The position numbers were made by a program, and so were the translations under genes. A DNA stretch of 37,703 nucleotides, taken from assembly GCA_900617105.1 (NCBI GenBank), contig UYFQ01000466.1, positions 1 to 37,703 on the forward strand. Reading direction: 5' to 3'. Below, in pieces: positions 10,309-20,516 of the stretch; the first letter of the stretch is position 1, and every line of letters starts with the position of its first letter. The DNA comes from Hydrurus foetidus. Lineage: Eukaryota. The notes under the pieces were generated by a model that made no database searches, had not been told where the DNA came from, and saw only the letters and a program-made list of their open reading frames with translations.

Positions 10309-13300
10309 ATGCATATCGAAGATCACCTCGCCTCCTCTAATGACTATCCGCATCCGACAATCTTTGACCCGGACAAAATCCTAACGCAAGCACTGCTCAA
10401 CCAGCTAGCATCTGCGACATCTACTACGTCACAAACTCTATGTCAACCCTTCATTCGTTCTGGTACCATTGTAACTAACACTGGTCTGATGCCTTTCAGT
10501 CGTGGTTTACTTGATACTGGCGCACAGGGAAGCAACTTCATCTCCAGAGAACTATACGACAGCCTACCTCCAAGTGTTACTGACCTCAGTCGTCCAATCG
10601 ATAAAATTGTTCGCCTCGGCGATGCTCGCTTCCTGTCAATTCAACTTGAAGTTCCACTCACTGTCGGTATCCTGGATTCCACCAACAACAATCATCAACA
10701 TCGCCTCTGGTACAGCGTCCTTGACATCCTAAGTCATGACATTATCATTGGTTTGATTGATCTCATCGGTCCATTCTACGACCTATTCGCTGATTCTGTC
10801 CTAACAGCACGCCAGTTATCAATCACCAATGATCTAGGAACAAATTTAACAGAAGATACAAAAGCAATAAGTAAGCTTCGTCTTCAACACAATCAAGAGG
10901 ACGTACTAAAAGCGAAACAGAAACTGCAAGAATGCAGTGCAGACTATCTTGGACGCAAAGATGTGATGTGCAACAGTGCCAGCACTCACATTCACCTACT
11001 TGCGCTCGAAGATGGAACAGTAACAAACATTCTCGCACATCCCCGCCTAGGTCACGTCTTCGCTGACGACCGGGTCGAAAATCAATACACCATGTTATCT
11101 GCGCTACTATGCTCCCCAGATCCTGGTGACATCATTAGGCCCTGGTCTAAGCCCATAGACTCTCTTGCACCTGAAGAGATCAATACCCCAGACCCGACTA
11201 GTTTCCCCGATGATATTCTTGCCTACCTTACAACTACTCCGGAAGAAGCTCGTGCTATATATGACTCTGATCTGATCACACACGTGACCACTGAAATTCG
11301 CACTGCTTGCCCAGCAATCATGATACTCCTCCAATCAGAACTTGCCTACGATGTCTTTGTTCCACGTGCGTGGAAGGGAATTGACATGGTGCCATACCAT
11401 CTGGATGTCAAACCTGGCTTACCAGATTACCTAAGGGCACGAGCTCGTCCCGTTAGAGAAGCCTTATTTCAAGATGCTAAAACTGAATTTGATCGAATGC
11501 GTACGTACTTCTACGAGCCATCTACATCTTCAATAGCTTGTCCGCTCGTAATAGCACCCAAAGCAACAGCTCCATTTATACGGCTCTGCGGCGACTATCG
11601 CCCTATTAATCCATTTATTAACATCCCACAAGAGCCAATACCACACGTCCAACAGTCCCTTTCAAAAGCTGCTGGTTGGAAAATCTTCGTCGATCTCGAC
11701 ATGACAAATTCATTCCATCAAATTCCTATCGATGACTTTAGTTCCAACCTCCTCTCTGTATCTACACCATGGGGATTGTTCCGGCCAAAGTTTCTTCCGG
11801 AAGGAGTTGGTCCAGCATCTGGTATTCTGCAGTCCATCGTTCGCCGTATCTTCGCCGACTTCGACGACTGGATTATAGTCATCTTTGACAACTTTCTCAT
11901 TCTTGCCTCCGACTACCACGATGCTCTGTCGAAACTTGAGCAGGTGCTACACCGTTGCCAAAAGTATGGTCTCGTCCTAAAGATGAAGAAGTCTTGGATA
12001 GGTACAGACGTTGTTACGTTTTTTGGATACGAAGTTCACCCTGGTTCATGGCAGCTCTCGGATGCACGCAAAGCTGCCATCTCATCGATGATCTTCCCAA
12101 CAACACAAAAACAAATGCAAATCTTCTTAGGAGCAGCAAACTTCTTCCACACTCACATTCTCAATTTCGCCTCATGGGCATCCGCCTTATACGAATGCAC
12201 TACCGCTGGCTTCAACTGGGACCCTTCAACATGGAAAACCGACTATAAACATTTGTTCGAAGTCTTCAAATTAGCCATCACTGAGTCCGTCACACTACAC
12301 TTTCTAGACTACTCGCTGCCATGGATTATTCGATCAGACTCTTCTGATCACGCCGTCGGCGCTGTTCTGTTTCAAGAGTACACAGACTCCAATGGTACAG
12401 TCATACACCAACCAATCGCATTTGCCTCACATAAATACTCTGGAGCTGCAGTCAATTGGGACACCTTCAAACAAGAAGCGTATGCGCTGTATTATGCAGT
12501 CACTCAATTTAACTACTACCTACGTGGTAAACCGTTCCTAATGGAAACCGACCACCGCAACCTTGTCTGGATTGAGACCAGCCATGTTCCGATCGTTGTT
12601 CGCTGGCGTGTCCTTCTCCAGAGCTTTGTCTTTGACGTCAAGCATATACCCGGCAAGAACAATACTGTCGCAGATTGGCTCTCACGCATGTACCCTCCGC
12701 CTACAACACAAACGACTCTATCTACCATCTCAACTCCTCTTACTGTACAGCACATGTTTGATGCTGTTCATGGTGGTCGCTCACTACACCACGGTGCAAA
12801 ACGTACTTACCTTGCTCTCTGTCGACAATTTCCTGGCCATGGTATCCCTCTACGTGTTGTTCAAGATCTTGTGTCTGAATGTCCTATCTGTCAGAAGGAC
12901 CGACTCCCAATGCACACAATTCCCAACAATGAGATCCGTGAGACAATTTTTCATCATCCTCGGTCGATAGGAATCGATCACGTCACTGTCACTCCACACG
13001 ACGAAGATGGATATGTCGGTCTACTTCTTGTCGTAGAACTCGACACAAAGTTCCCTCAGGCTTATCCGATCCGAGATTACACAGCCAAAACAGTTGCACT
13101 CATACTCTTCAAACACTTCTGTACCTTTGGATCCTATGACTCTCTGTACTCCGATCCTGGCAGTGCATTCACCGCCGAAGTACTGAACCATCTCAATCGC
13201 TGGATCGGTATTCCACACCGAATATCCCTCGTCGGACGACACGAATCAAACGGTACAGAACACGTAAATGCTCTATTCATGGGACATTTACGTAGACTAG

Positions 13301-14037
13301 TACATGATGAAAGATTTACAAATCAATGGGCTTCCGACACAGTCCTACCCCTAATCAATCACGCACTTATGACGATGCCAAACACCGAAATTGGAGGCTT
13401 GTCTCCCGTCGAACTCAAATTCGGCACGCGAGATCATGCACGGTTCCAACTTCCGCCGCCACTACTGCCGGGACACAAGTATTGTGACCTTGTAACAGCC
13501 CTTGATCGCAATCTACCAATAGTACGATCAATAACCAGTACATATCAGGAATCACTACGCAGCAAACGTCAATCCAACACGCCTTCAAGTTCGCACAACA
13601 TATACCAACCTGGAGACTTCATCCTATGGAATCCACTAGAGACTCCACAATCCCTACGATCCAGTAAGCTTTCTCCAAAGCTCCTTGGACCCTACGAAGT
13701 AATACAACAAATAAAAAACGATATTAGATGCAAACATGTCGTTACCAACATCATCTCAGTACTTCACTCAAGCAGAGTTACACCATTCGTTGGTACTACA
13801 ACCGATGCACAAACATCAGCACTTCTCGACCGTGATGAATTCATTGTCAATTCAGTCATTACTCACCGTGGAAATGCGAAGAAAGTGTTCTCACTCGAGT
13901 TATTAATCCGCTGGTTCAACTACTCCTCAGCACATGATTCATGGGAACCATGGGCTGAAATGAAAAAGGTATCGGTTGTACACGACTATCTCGAACAAAA
14001 CAACATGTCAAACATCATTCCACAACAGAACAAGTAA
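10309..14037 (+). CDS. Pol polyprotein: aspartic protease, RT, RNase H, integrase, chromodomain
   Basis: Protease LLDTGA; RT RLCGDYRPIN, DLDMTNSFHQ, IFDN; RNase H SDSS..AVGAVL, QEAYA, TDHRNL, ADWLSR; integrase HHG..CPIC, GIDH, SDPGSAF; chromodomain IRWFNYSSAHDSWEP. Uninterrupted 1242 aa. Confidence 0.95.
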   Translation: MHIEDHLASSNDYPHPTIFDPDKILTQALLNQLASATSTTSQTLCQPFIRSGTIVTNTGLMPFSRGLLDTGAQGSNFISRELYDSLPPSVTDLSRPIDKIVRLGDARFLSIQLEVPLTVGILDSTNNNHQHRLWYSVLDILSHDIIIGLIDLIGPFYDLFADSVLTARQLSITNDLGTNLTEDTKAISKLRLQHNQEDVLKAKQKLQECSADYLGRKDVMCNSASTHIHLLALEDGTVTNILAHPRLGHVFADDRVENQYTMLSALLCSPDPGDIIRPWSKPIDSLAPEEINTPDPTSFPDDILAYLTTTPEEARAIYDSDLITHVTTEIRTACPAIMILLQSELAYDVFVPRAWKGIDMVPYHLDVKPGLPDYLRARARPVREALFQDAKTEFDRMRTYFYEPSTSSIACPLVIAPKATAPFIRLCGDYRPINPFINIPQEPIPHVQQSLSKAAGWKIFVDLDMTNSFHQIPIDDFSSNLLSVSTPWGLFRPKFLPEGVGPASGILQSIVRRIFADFDDWIIVIFDNFLILASDYHDALSKLEQVLHRCQKYGLVLKMKKSWIGTDVVTFFGYEVHPGSWQLSDARKAAISSMIFPTTQKQMQIFLGAANFFHTHILNFASWASALYECTTAGFNWDPSTWKTDYKHLFEVFKLAITESVTLHFLDYSLPWIIRSDSSDHAVGAVLFQEYTDSNGTVIHQPIAFASHKYSGAAVNWDTFKQEAYALYYAVTQFNYYLRGKPFLMETDHRNLVWIETSHVPIVVRWRVLLQSFVFDVKHIPGKNNTVADWLSRMYPPPTTQTTLSTISTPLTVQHMFDAVHGGRSLHHGAKRTYLALCRQFPGHGIPLRVVQDLVSECPICQKDRLPMHTIPNNEIRETIFHHPRSIGIDHVTVTPHDEDGYVGLLLVVELDTKFPQAYPIRDYTAKTVALILFKHFCTFGSYDSLYSDPGSAFTAEVLNHLNRWIGIPHRISLVGRHESNGTEHVNALFMGHLRRLVHDERFTNQWASDTVLPLINHALMTMPNTEIGGLSPVELKFGTRDHARFQLPPPLLPGHKYCDLVTALDRNLPIVRSITSTYQESLRSKRQSNTPSSSHNIYQPGDFILWNPLETPQSLRSSKLSPKLLGPYEVIQQIKNDIRCKHVVTNIISVLHSSRVTPFVGTTTDAQTSALLDRDEFIVNSVITHRGNAKKVFSLELLIRWFNYSSAHDSWEPWAEMKKVSVVHDYLEQNNMSNIIPQQNK

Positions 14038-14197
14038 ACTTACCTTCGAACTCCATCCTGCTCCAGCTGGAACACTTCAGTCTTTGAGAACACGTCTGAG
14101 GCTTGCCCACATTCCTTTTCCCACTCAATGAAACATAGCCGAAGTTACTATGTGAGGACGGCATTCAAAATGTGGGTTTGCCCCCTAAAATAATACT

Positions 14198-14896
14198 CTA
14201 TTTAGTTATCTTCGCTTTCTTTCCCTTCTCATACAAGTCAAAATAATAACAATCCGTCAAATCAATCATCTTGCCTGCCAAGTTCACAATGCTAAAATCA
14301 ATGCTACCCTTAGTACATGCATTATCAAATAATCTCAATCCATTTTCATCATTACGAACACTACATGCATGATCTTTACGACTCAATCCCTTGGCCACCT
14401 TGCTGAAAATCTCGAGTTCTTCACCCATGCAATCTGCTTTCTTCATCCTCTTGATAAGCGCCTCGTGAAACCGGTTCAACCGCTTTGCTTTGCCGAATAT
14501 CACATAAATTCCTCTCCTTCTTCCTACTGTCTTCATCAACGACTGAACGTTCCAACGGCGGCTCTTGTCGTGTCTTCCTACAACCCTCCTGAACTCAAAC
14601 TTCAACTTTATCCCCAGTTCTCGATTCCCAGCACACACATACTTCAGAAAACCAACTGCGTCTTCCACCGATGCGCCGTAGTGAAGCTTATGATCAAGAG
14701 GCAAACCCGCAGATTCCTTGAACACATCGCCTGCATCGCCACCCAGTCGCATCCACCCCTGCTGCTGCGCAGACACTGGCAAAACCATCGCAGCGGCCAT
14801 GCAAAAGTTTTTCGACGGCTGGAACTTGTCCTTCATGATGCTGTGTATTTGAGTTGTAAATATCCTAACGATTCGTTCAGTATTGCTTACGACCAT
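14198..14896 (-). CDS. Antisense ORF (232 aa), putative papain-like cysteine hydrolase fold
   Basis: Open ORF convergent with pol. Candidate triad NFC(MAAAM) / DHA(CSV) / LFD(N). Confidence 0.5.
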   Translation of the reverse strand: MVVSNTERIVRIFTTQIHSIMKDKFQPSKNFCMAAAMVLPVSAQQQGWMRLGGDAGDVFKESAGLPLDHKLHYGASVEDAVGFLKYVCAGNRELGIKLKFEFRRVVGRHDKSRRWNVQSLMKTVGRRRGIYVIFGKAKRLNRFHEALIKRMKKADCMGEELEIFSKVAKGLSRKDHACSVRNDENGLRLFDNACTKGSIDFSIVNLAGKMIDLTDCYYFDLYEKGKKAKITK

Positions 14897-14913
14897 TGCT
14901 TACTTTGAAGAAA

Positions 14914-16266
14914 ATGAGTTCATGCTCTGAAAGTGAAGCTGAAAGCAGTGATGACGGAAGCGTCGTTGAAAGCGGAGTTGAAAACAACAACATCCGATGA
15001 AGGCGCGTTGAGCTATTTTTGCTCTGCAGTCAATTTTATCATTGGAAGGTGACAGGGCGTTGCCAACATACTCATTAAGGAAGGGAAACATGCGTCGTGA
15101 TAGATCTGCGTGGGCTGCAGAATTGGATGACAAAATGTTTGCTCGGCAATTTTGTTTGTGCAGAGAGGACTTCTTCTAAATTCTCTCGAAAATTACAACT
15201 GACTTGAAGAAGGATATGAGGCAAGCTAGGAACAACTCTGGCTCAGCAATAAGTCCTAAGTCGATGCTCATGATCACGTTCAGAATTTTGGCTGGAGCGT
15301 CATACTTGGACATGATTCATTACAGAGTACACGTTGATTCGGTTGGTAGCATCGTGTGGGACACCGTTTTATCAATACACAGAAGAATCGATAATATACG
15401 AATTGCGAACAGTGAACAAGAGTATCTGCGGCTTGCGAAGAATTGGGCTGCGATACAACTTATGGGGATGGGGCCACCATCTCACTGCACGGACAATTTA
15501 CGCAGGGGACGGTCTTGCAATTGAAATACGCCAGCCCTCTGTTGTAGATCTTAAAAGCAGACCAATTTCGATCTTCAGAAACAGAAAAGGATTTTGGACA
15601 GTGATTGCACAGGGATTCTGCGATGCCCATACGAGATTTGGAGTTTTTGATGATAAATGGCCTGGCGGTACGAACGATATAATAGCTTACCAGATGACAG
15701 ACCTGTATGATAAAGCGACCAATGACTTTTTCCCTCCGTGGACAACTTTCGTATTGGATGAAGCTTACTCATCGTGCCGTGGGATGCACTTTACTCCGTA
15801 TTCCTTGTATCAATTGAAACCTGCAGATAGAAATAGTCAATTACTCTACTTCAAAATGCTTGCATTTAACAACGTTCTTTCATCGCAAAGAATTACCATA
15901 GAAAGAGCGTTCGGGATTCTCGTCAGAAGCTGGGGGATAATATGGAGACCAATCGCGTACAGCCTGAATAGAGTTGCAAAGGTAGTGAGGGTATGCACGA
16001 TGCTACACAATATTTGTGTTGACCGATGGTTACTGAATCACCCCAGAAGCTATGTTAACAGGAGACGTATCTGGCCGGACGTACCGGATCAAATTGCTGT
16101 TGAAGATCCGATGCCCGACGATGATGCTATACTTAGTAGACTCCACAACAACTACGCGAATGCAAAATTGACATCATCTGATAACTCTGTTCGGTCGCAA
16201 CTTCTTGAAGACATTTATATTGCCGGAATAGTTGCAACGTCTGACACCGAATTCCATGAGTTGTAA
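14914..16266 (+). pseudogene. PIF/Harbinger DDE transposase of the outer element (stops and frameshifts)
   Basis: Acidic N-terminus from ATG 14914; MFARQF..REDF* (stop 15177); LAGASYLD; frameshift ~15460; AGDGLAI, FRNRKGF, LDEAY, IERAFG, LHN. Confidence 0.9.
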
Positions 16267-16284
16267 TAAATTGTTCGGCTGTAT

Positions 16285-16697
16285 TTAATTATTAGCAATG
16301 AGTCGCTTCAGTTGATCTTTCATGTCATTTTGCTCCTCTTCTGAGTACATTTCAAAACCAGTTTTATTGTCCATCACTTTCAACAACACATTCACTATCT
16401 TCTCGTCGGCAGATGCCAAATTTCTGTTTATTACTGAATTCTGCACGTCAACATTCTGTGCATGGCTTGATGGTGTTGACATTCCAGCACTATTGTCTGG
16501 TGTAGACATGAGTTCCTTCAAGATTTCTACCTGTTGCTTTTTATCAGAGAGCTTTGACTGACGGCTTGACTCTTCCTCTCTCTTTTTTCGTTTCGCGTAA
16601 GACGTTTCTGTGATGATCGATTTATCATCAAGTCCATCCCCACTCTCCTGAGCACTTTCCTGGTCATCCAAACATGCGACGAGGAAGTTGATTTCTT
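16285..16697 (-). pseudogene. C-terminal part of the outer Harbinger accessory ORF2, cut by the Gypsy-2 LTR
   Basis: Convergent with the transposase. EINFLVACLDD at the LTR junction parallels DIQFLSNSFDD in the inner Harbinger ORF2. Confidence 0.65.
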
Positions 16698-16904
16698 TGT
16701 GGTCGTACCGGGTATACTGAGCCTACGGGCCGTACCGGACCTCGTCACGATCCACCCGATCCTTCCGCCTACAGTACACATACATCTCTAGCACTACTGC
16801 TAGCTAGCTGCAGCCGACTCTCAGAAGTGTACCCTAGCTTCTAGCATAGAAACTGTAACTGACTATCACCTCTTCTACATCGACCTACTTCTATTCGGAC
16901 TACA
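16698..16904 (+). repeat. 5' LTR of Gypsy-2 (207 bp)
   Basis: TGTGGTCG..CGGACTACA; 2 mismatches to 28573-28779. Confidence 0.95.
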
Positions 16905-17281
16905 ATAGCGCTATTCGTCCAACCTTTCTCCTGCTACCTCTCAGTCAATCTACTCGTCTCAACCTGTAGATAAGACTTCTGAGCTACTGCTCGTCTGCTA
17001 TAAGCCGACTTCTCTTGCAGCTTCGAGCTCAGAGAACTGTAGTTTAAGTTAGAGAAAGTCAGCGTTCCTGCTTTCTTGGAATCCCTAACAGCGGTAACGC
17101 ACAGCGAAAAAAACTCCGGATCTCAAATCCTCATAACAGACATTTTGAGGATTCCTCACAATCATCCGCGAGGAAATAAATATCACAGCATAGAGCACAA
17201 TACACATCGCAGAACCAAATCTCAAATCTACGTGCTGCGGACTTCGATCCAACTGTTGATCAGCGAATACCTGTCGGCACA

Positions 17282-18658
17282 ATGAGTGATATTGATGACA
17301 ATGATGACAGTTTTGATGTGTTTGACAAGGAATTTGAGATCAGCGACAACAATCAGGATGCAACATTGAAGAGGTTAGCGGTTTTGACAGTTGTGATAAC
17401 CGCGATTATGGCATCTTTTATACCGATCGAGCCTCCTTGGATTGGGAACAGTAGAAATGATCGTTCACATGCGATTCAGTATGTTCGATCGTAGGAAGAT
17501 GATATGTTCCACCGCCAATTTCGCCTCTTTAGGGAGGATTTTGGGTTCTTGTTGAGGTTAATATCACCTCTTATTCAGCGCAATGAGCGAAAAGCAGTTG
17601 CAAGCTCCAGATCGTCTATTTGTCCAGAGTTGCGACTAATGATCACCTTATGGATCTTGGCCGGTGCGAAATATTTGGATATGATATGGTCTAGGGTCAA
17701 CGTAGATTACGTCAGCGACATTGTTCTCGATTGCGCCCATGCCATCAATTCTACGCTCAAGAGCATAAATATTCCCGCAACCGAGGCAGAGTGGATCTTT
17801 GAAACTGAGCAGTACCGTTCAGTGCTGAGCAAAAAGCATGGATCAATCGGTGATGAAATACTAGGCGGCATTTGCGGCGCTGGTGATGGACTGGTAATTC
17901 AAATTACCGAACCGGTGGCATCTGATTTACTTGGAAAGCCCTCCAGAAACTACATAAATCGTAAAGGTTTCTTTGCTTTGCTTGTACAAGCATTCTGTGG
18001 AGCTTACACAAAGTTTTGGTACTTTAATGTAGGATGGCCCGGCGCCACTAACGATATTATAGCATACAAACAAACCGTGCTTTTTTTCGCTGCAACGCAT
18101 GATTTGATTCCTCCCTGGGTATCCTTTTTACTGGATGAAGCATATAGTTCTTGTGGTGGTCGACGTCTCACTCCATTCTCACAGAGTCAACTTCGTCGAG
18201 CATATGGAGTTGGTAGCAATACACTATATTATCAGATACGCACCTTCAACCATGCGTTATCATCCCAAAGAATAGGCATTGAGAGGGCGTTCGGCCAGCT
18301 GGTTTGGCGGTGGGGAATCTTATGGTGTGCGAACAGTTCTCGTCTTAAAAACGTTTCTGTTATTGTGCTTGTCTGTGCTAAGCTACACAATCTTTGTGTC
18401 GACATATGGATTACTGATGGCTCCAGATTCAGCATGAACGTTGGAGGGGGGATAGAAGAAATCCCGATGCACGACGGGGTTGAGGATAGTCGACCGACAG
18501 ATAATGAAGTAGTTAACCGTTTGAAAAATAGATATGCGACAATAGGTTCAAGAGCTGTTCTCTGCGATCTACGTAATGTCATGTCTGAGAAAATCTGGGA
18601 TTTAGGTCTGCGCATAACATCCAAGAATGACCTTGTTGGTCTTCCATCGATACTGTAA
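17282..18658 (+). pseudogene. PIF/Harbinger DDE transposase with one in-frame TAG at 17492-17494
   Basis: GAGDGLVI, YINRKGFFA, GWPGATND, LLDEAY, IERAFG, LHN. The 70-aa and 384-aa ORFs are in the same frame. Confidence 0.92.
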
Positions 18659-18742
18659 ATAAAGTAAGATATTTGAATATCGAAATGAATTTTTATTCCA
18701 ATCTGAAAAACGATTGCAAAGCTAAGACGATAAAAATAATGT

Positions 18743-19970
18743 TCAATGGAATAATGTGTCGATAACAGCATCTTTGTATTTGTCTTGGACTCTCTTCTTG
18801 GTGCTTGGCGATAAGTCGCTGAATGATGACGACTCAATCGTACCGCGCAAGCGCTTCAGTGAAATTGATACTGTCAATTGTTTCTCCTTTGCAACATAGG
18901 CAACTCCTGTATCACTAGATGACGCTGTTGGAAGGGATAGAAAAGCATCGGCAACTGTTTTACCGATTGATCCCATCATCTTTTCTGTATGATTTGCTTT
19001 AGCTGCTCTTCTCTCCGACATGCTTAATTTGCTAGAACTTGCTTTCTCGAGTATGGTGTACTTGCATTTCCATCAGCGGCAACACCATCATCGAAAGAGT
19101 TTGATAGAAATTGAATGTCCTCCTTCTTCCATCTCAGCCACAGGTAAAAGTGATGCAGCTTGCACGTGCGTTGACCGTATTTGCAGTAGTCGAAGGCTCC
19201 GCCCTCTTGGGTACCCGATTTCGTGAGGTTGGCTTTCAATACATCCCATGAGCTGCGCGCCTCACCAAGGAGTGAGAGTAATATATCATGCGAAAAAAAA
19301 CTCCCGTTCTCTAGGTAAATAGTGGCGAGTGCGGGCCACTCTTCCCCAAAGCAATTGCGGACAGTAGGTGCCACATCTTCCATATAAATTCTCAACAATT
19401 CGGTCGCCGCTACTCTTTTGTGGTTTTTTATTCCGTCCGTTAGAACTCCCGGCCTCTCATCTGACGACAGCTTTGTGAAATATCTTGTCAGCTCATCGCG
19501 AGAAGATGGATGAACATAAAACTCGGCCATCAATGCCCAGCGGTTCACGATAACGCCACCCTCAGAATCGCTGTCATTGATCGGTGGGACGATGTCGTGG
19601 TTGTTCAGGACAGCATCTTTTATCTTGTCGAACAAGTCTTTCCCATTCCTCTCCTGACTGAGTCTTTGGATTATCTCATGAAGCTGCAATTTTTGTCCTG
19701 CCTTCATGGTGCCGTATGAAATGTTTCCGAAGTTGGCCGGCAGCTGGCCATTACTGTCGAGTAATTTGACGACTCGGTTGTACGAAAATCCCTGATTCTT
19801 CGCTGACCGCCCAGGTAACAGTGCTTGCAAGTAATTGAATATCTCATTTCCAGTAGTAGCTGATTGAAGAACTTCTACAGTTGCGGGTGCTGCTGTAGAA
19901 GTTCAGCTGACGAGCTGATTGACGCTTCAATCAGCTCGTCAAGTAGAATGTCCTCAATCGCTTCTTCCAT
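18743..19970 (-). pseudogene. Inner Harbinger accessory ORF2 (two frameshifts, ~19903 and ~19055)
   Basis: ATG at 19970 (MEEAIEDILLDELIE) links to the 268-aa and 92-aa ORFs. Convergent with the transposase inside the TIRs. Confidence 0.7.
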
Positions 19971-20516
19971 TTGAAGTGTTGACTAGTATGTTGGTATAAT
20001 TGTGCTTCTTGCAGGTACGAAGAATTTTCGAATCCTGACACGAAGCCCTCAGATGTGAGGTTCTCCCGCGAGGATTTCAAAAATACACGAGGTTTCGAGT
20101 CGAGCATTTTTGAAAAACTCGAGTTTTGAGGATTACTTTTCCTGTGCGTTTCGACTGTAAGCTTGGGCTCTTCCATTCTTTAAGTTTTTCGGTCGAAGTC
20201 GAAAGATCCTTCCCGAGATTCATTAAAGACCTGCTCCGCCGGCTGTTTGAATCACAGATTCATCACTGCAGACATAAGATTAGTCAAGAGACGTCTTTTT
20301 ATCGCTGAAGAACAGCAGCTCCTACCTTTTTGGACACACATTTTTCTTACCACTCGAAATTTGGCTCCTACGACATTGAACTTTTCAGTTCAAGAGTTGG
20401 TTATAATTCTCTAACGCGTTGTTACTGACGAAACAGTACCCGTTAGCGAACAAGGCAAACCCCTTGCGAATTTTTTTGACAACGGGGGATTGATCTCTGC
20501 TGTGTTTAAGCGAGAT

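Larger units (their letters stand above)
8038..14900 (+). mobile_element. Ty3/gypsy chromodomain LTR retrotransposon (Gypsy-1), 3' LTR missing
   Basis: gag plus PR-RT-RH-IN-chromodomain order. The TGTTAC start at 8038 is a candidate 5' LTR boundary. No second LTR copy was found, so both limits are approximate. Confidence 0.8.
17089..20157 (+). mobile_element. Full-length inner PIF/Harbinger transposon inserted in the Gypsy-2 5' UTR
   Basis: TAA TSD at 17086-17088 and 20158-20160. Imperfect TIRs CAGCGGTAACGCACAG / CAGTCGAAACGCACAG. The related element at 31475-31496 shows the empty site (GGAATCCC..GCTTGGGCTC). Confidence 0.92.

Noticed and set aside
14369..14908. 179-aa plus-strand ORF as an env-like third gene
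   Set aside because: It shadows the longer minus-strand ORF and has no signal peptide or TM pattern.
472..17494. Stop-codon reassignment (alternative genetic code)
   Set aside because: All three stop types interrupt only TE ORFs, alongside frameshifts. The host genes end normally at TGA (3042-3044) and TAA (3490-3492).
19858..19941. Deletion scar truncating the inner Harbinger
   Set aside because: The element has a right TIR and TAA TSD at 20157-20160, and ORF2 continues through to an ATG at 19970.
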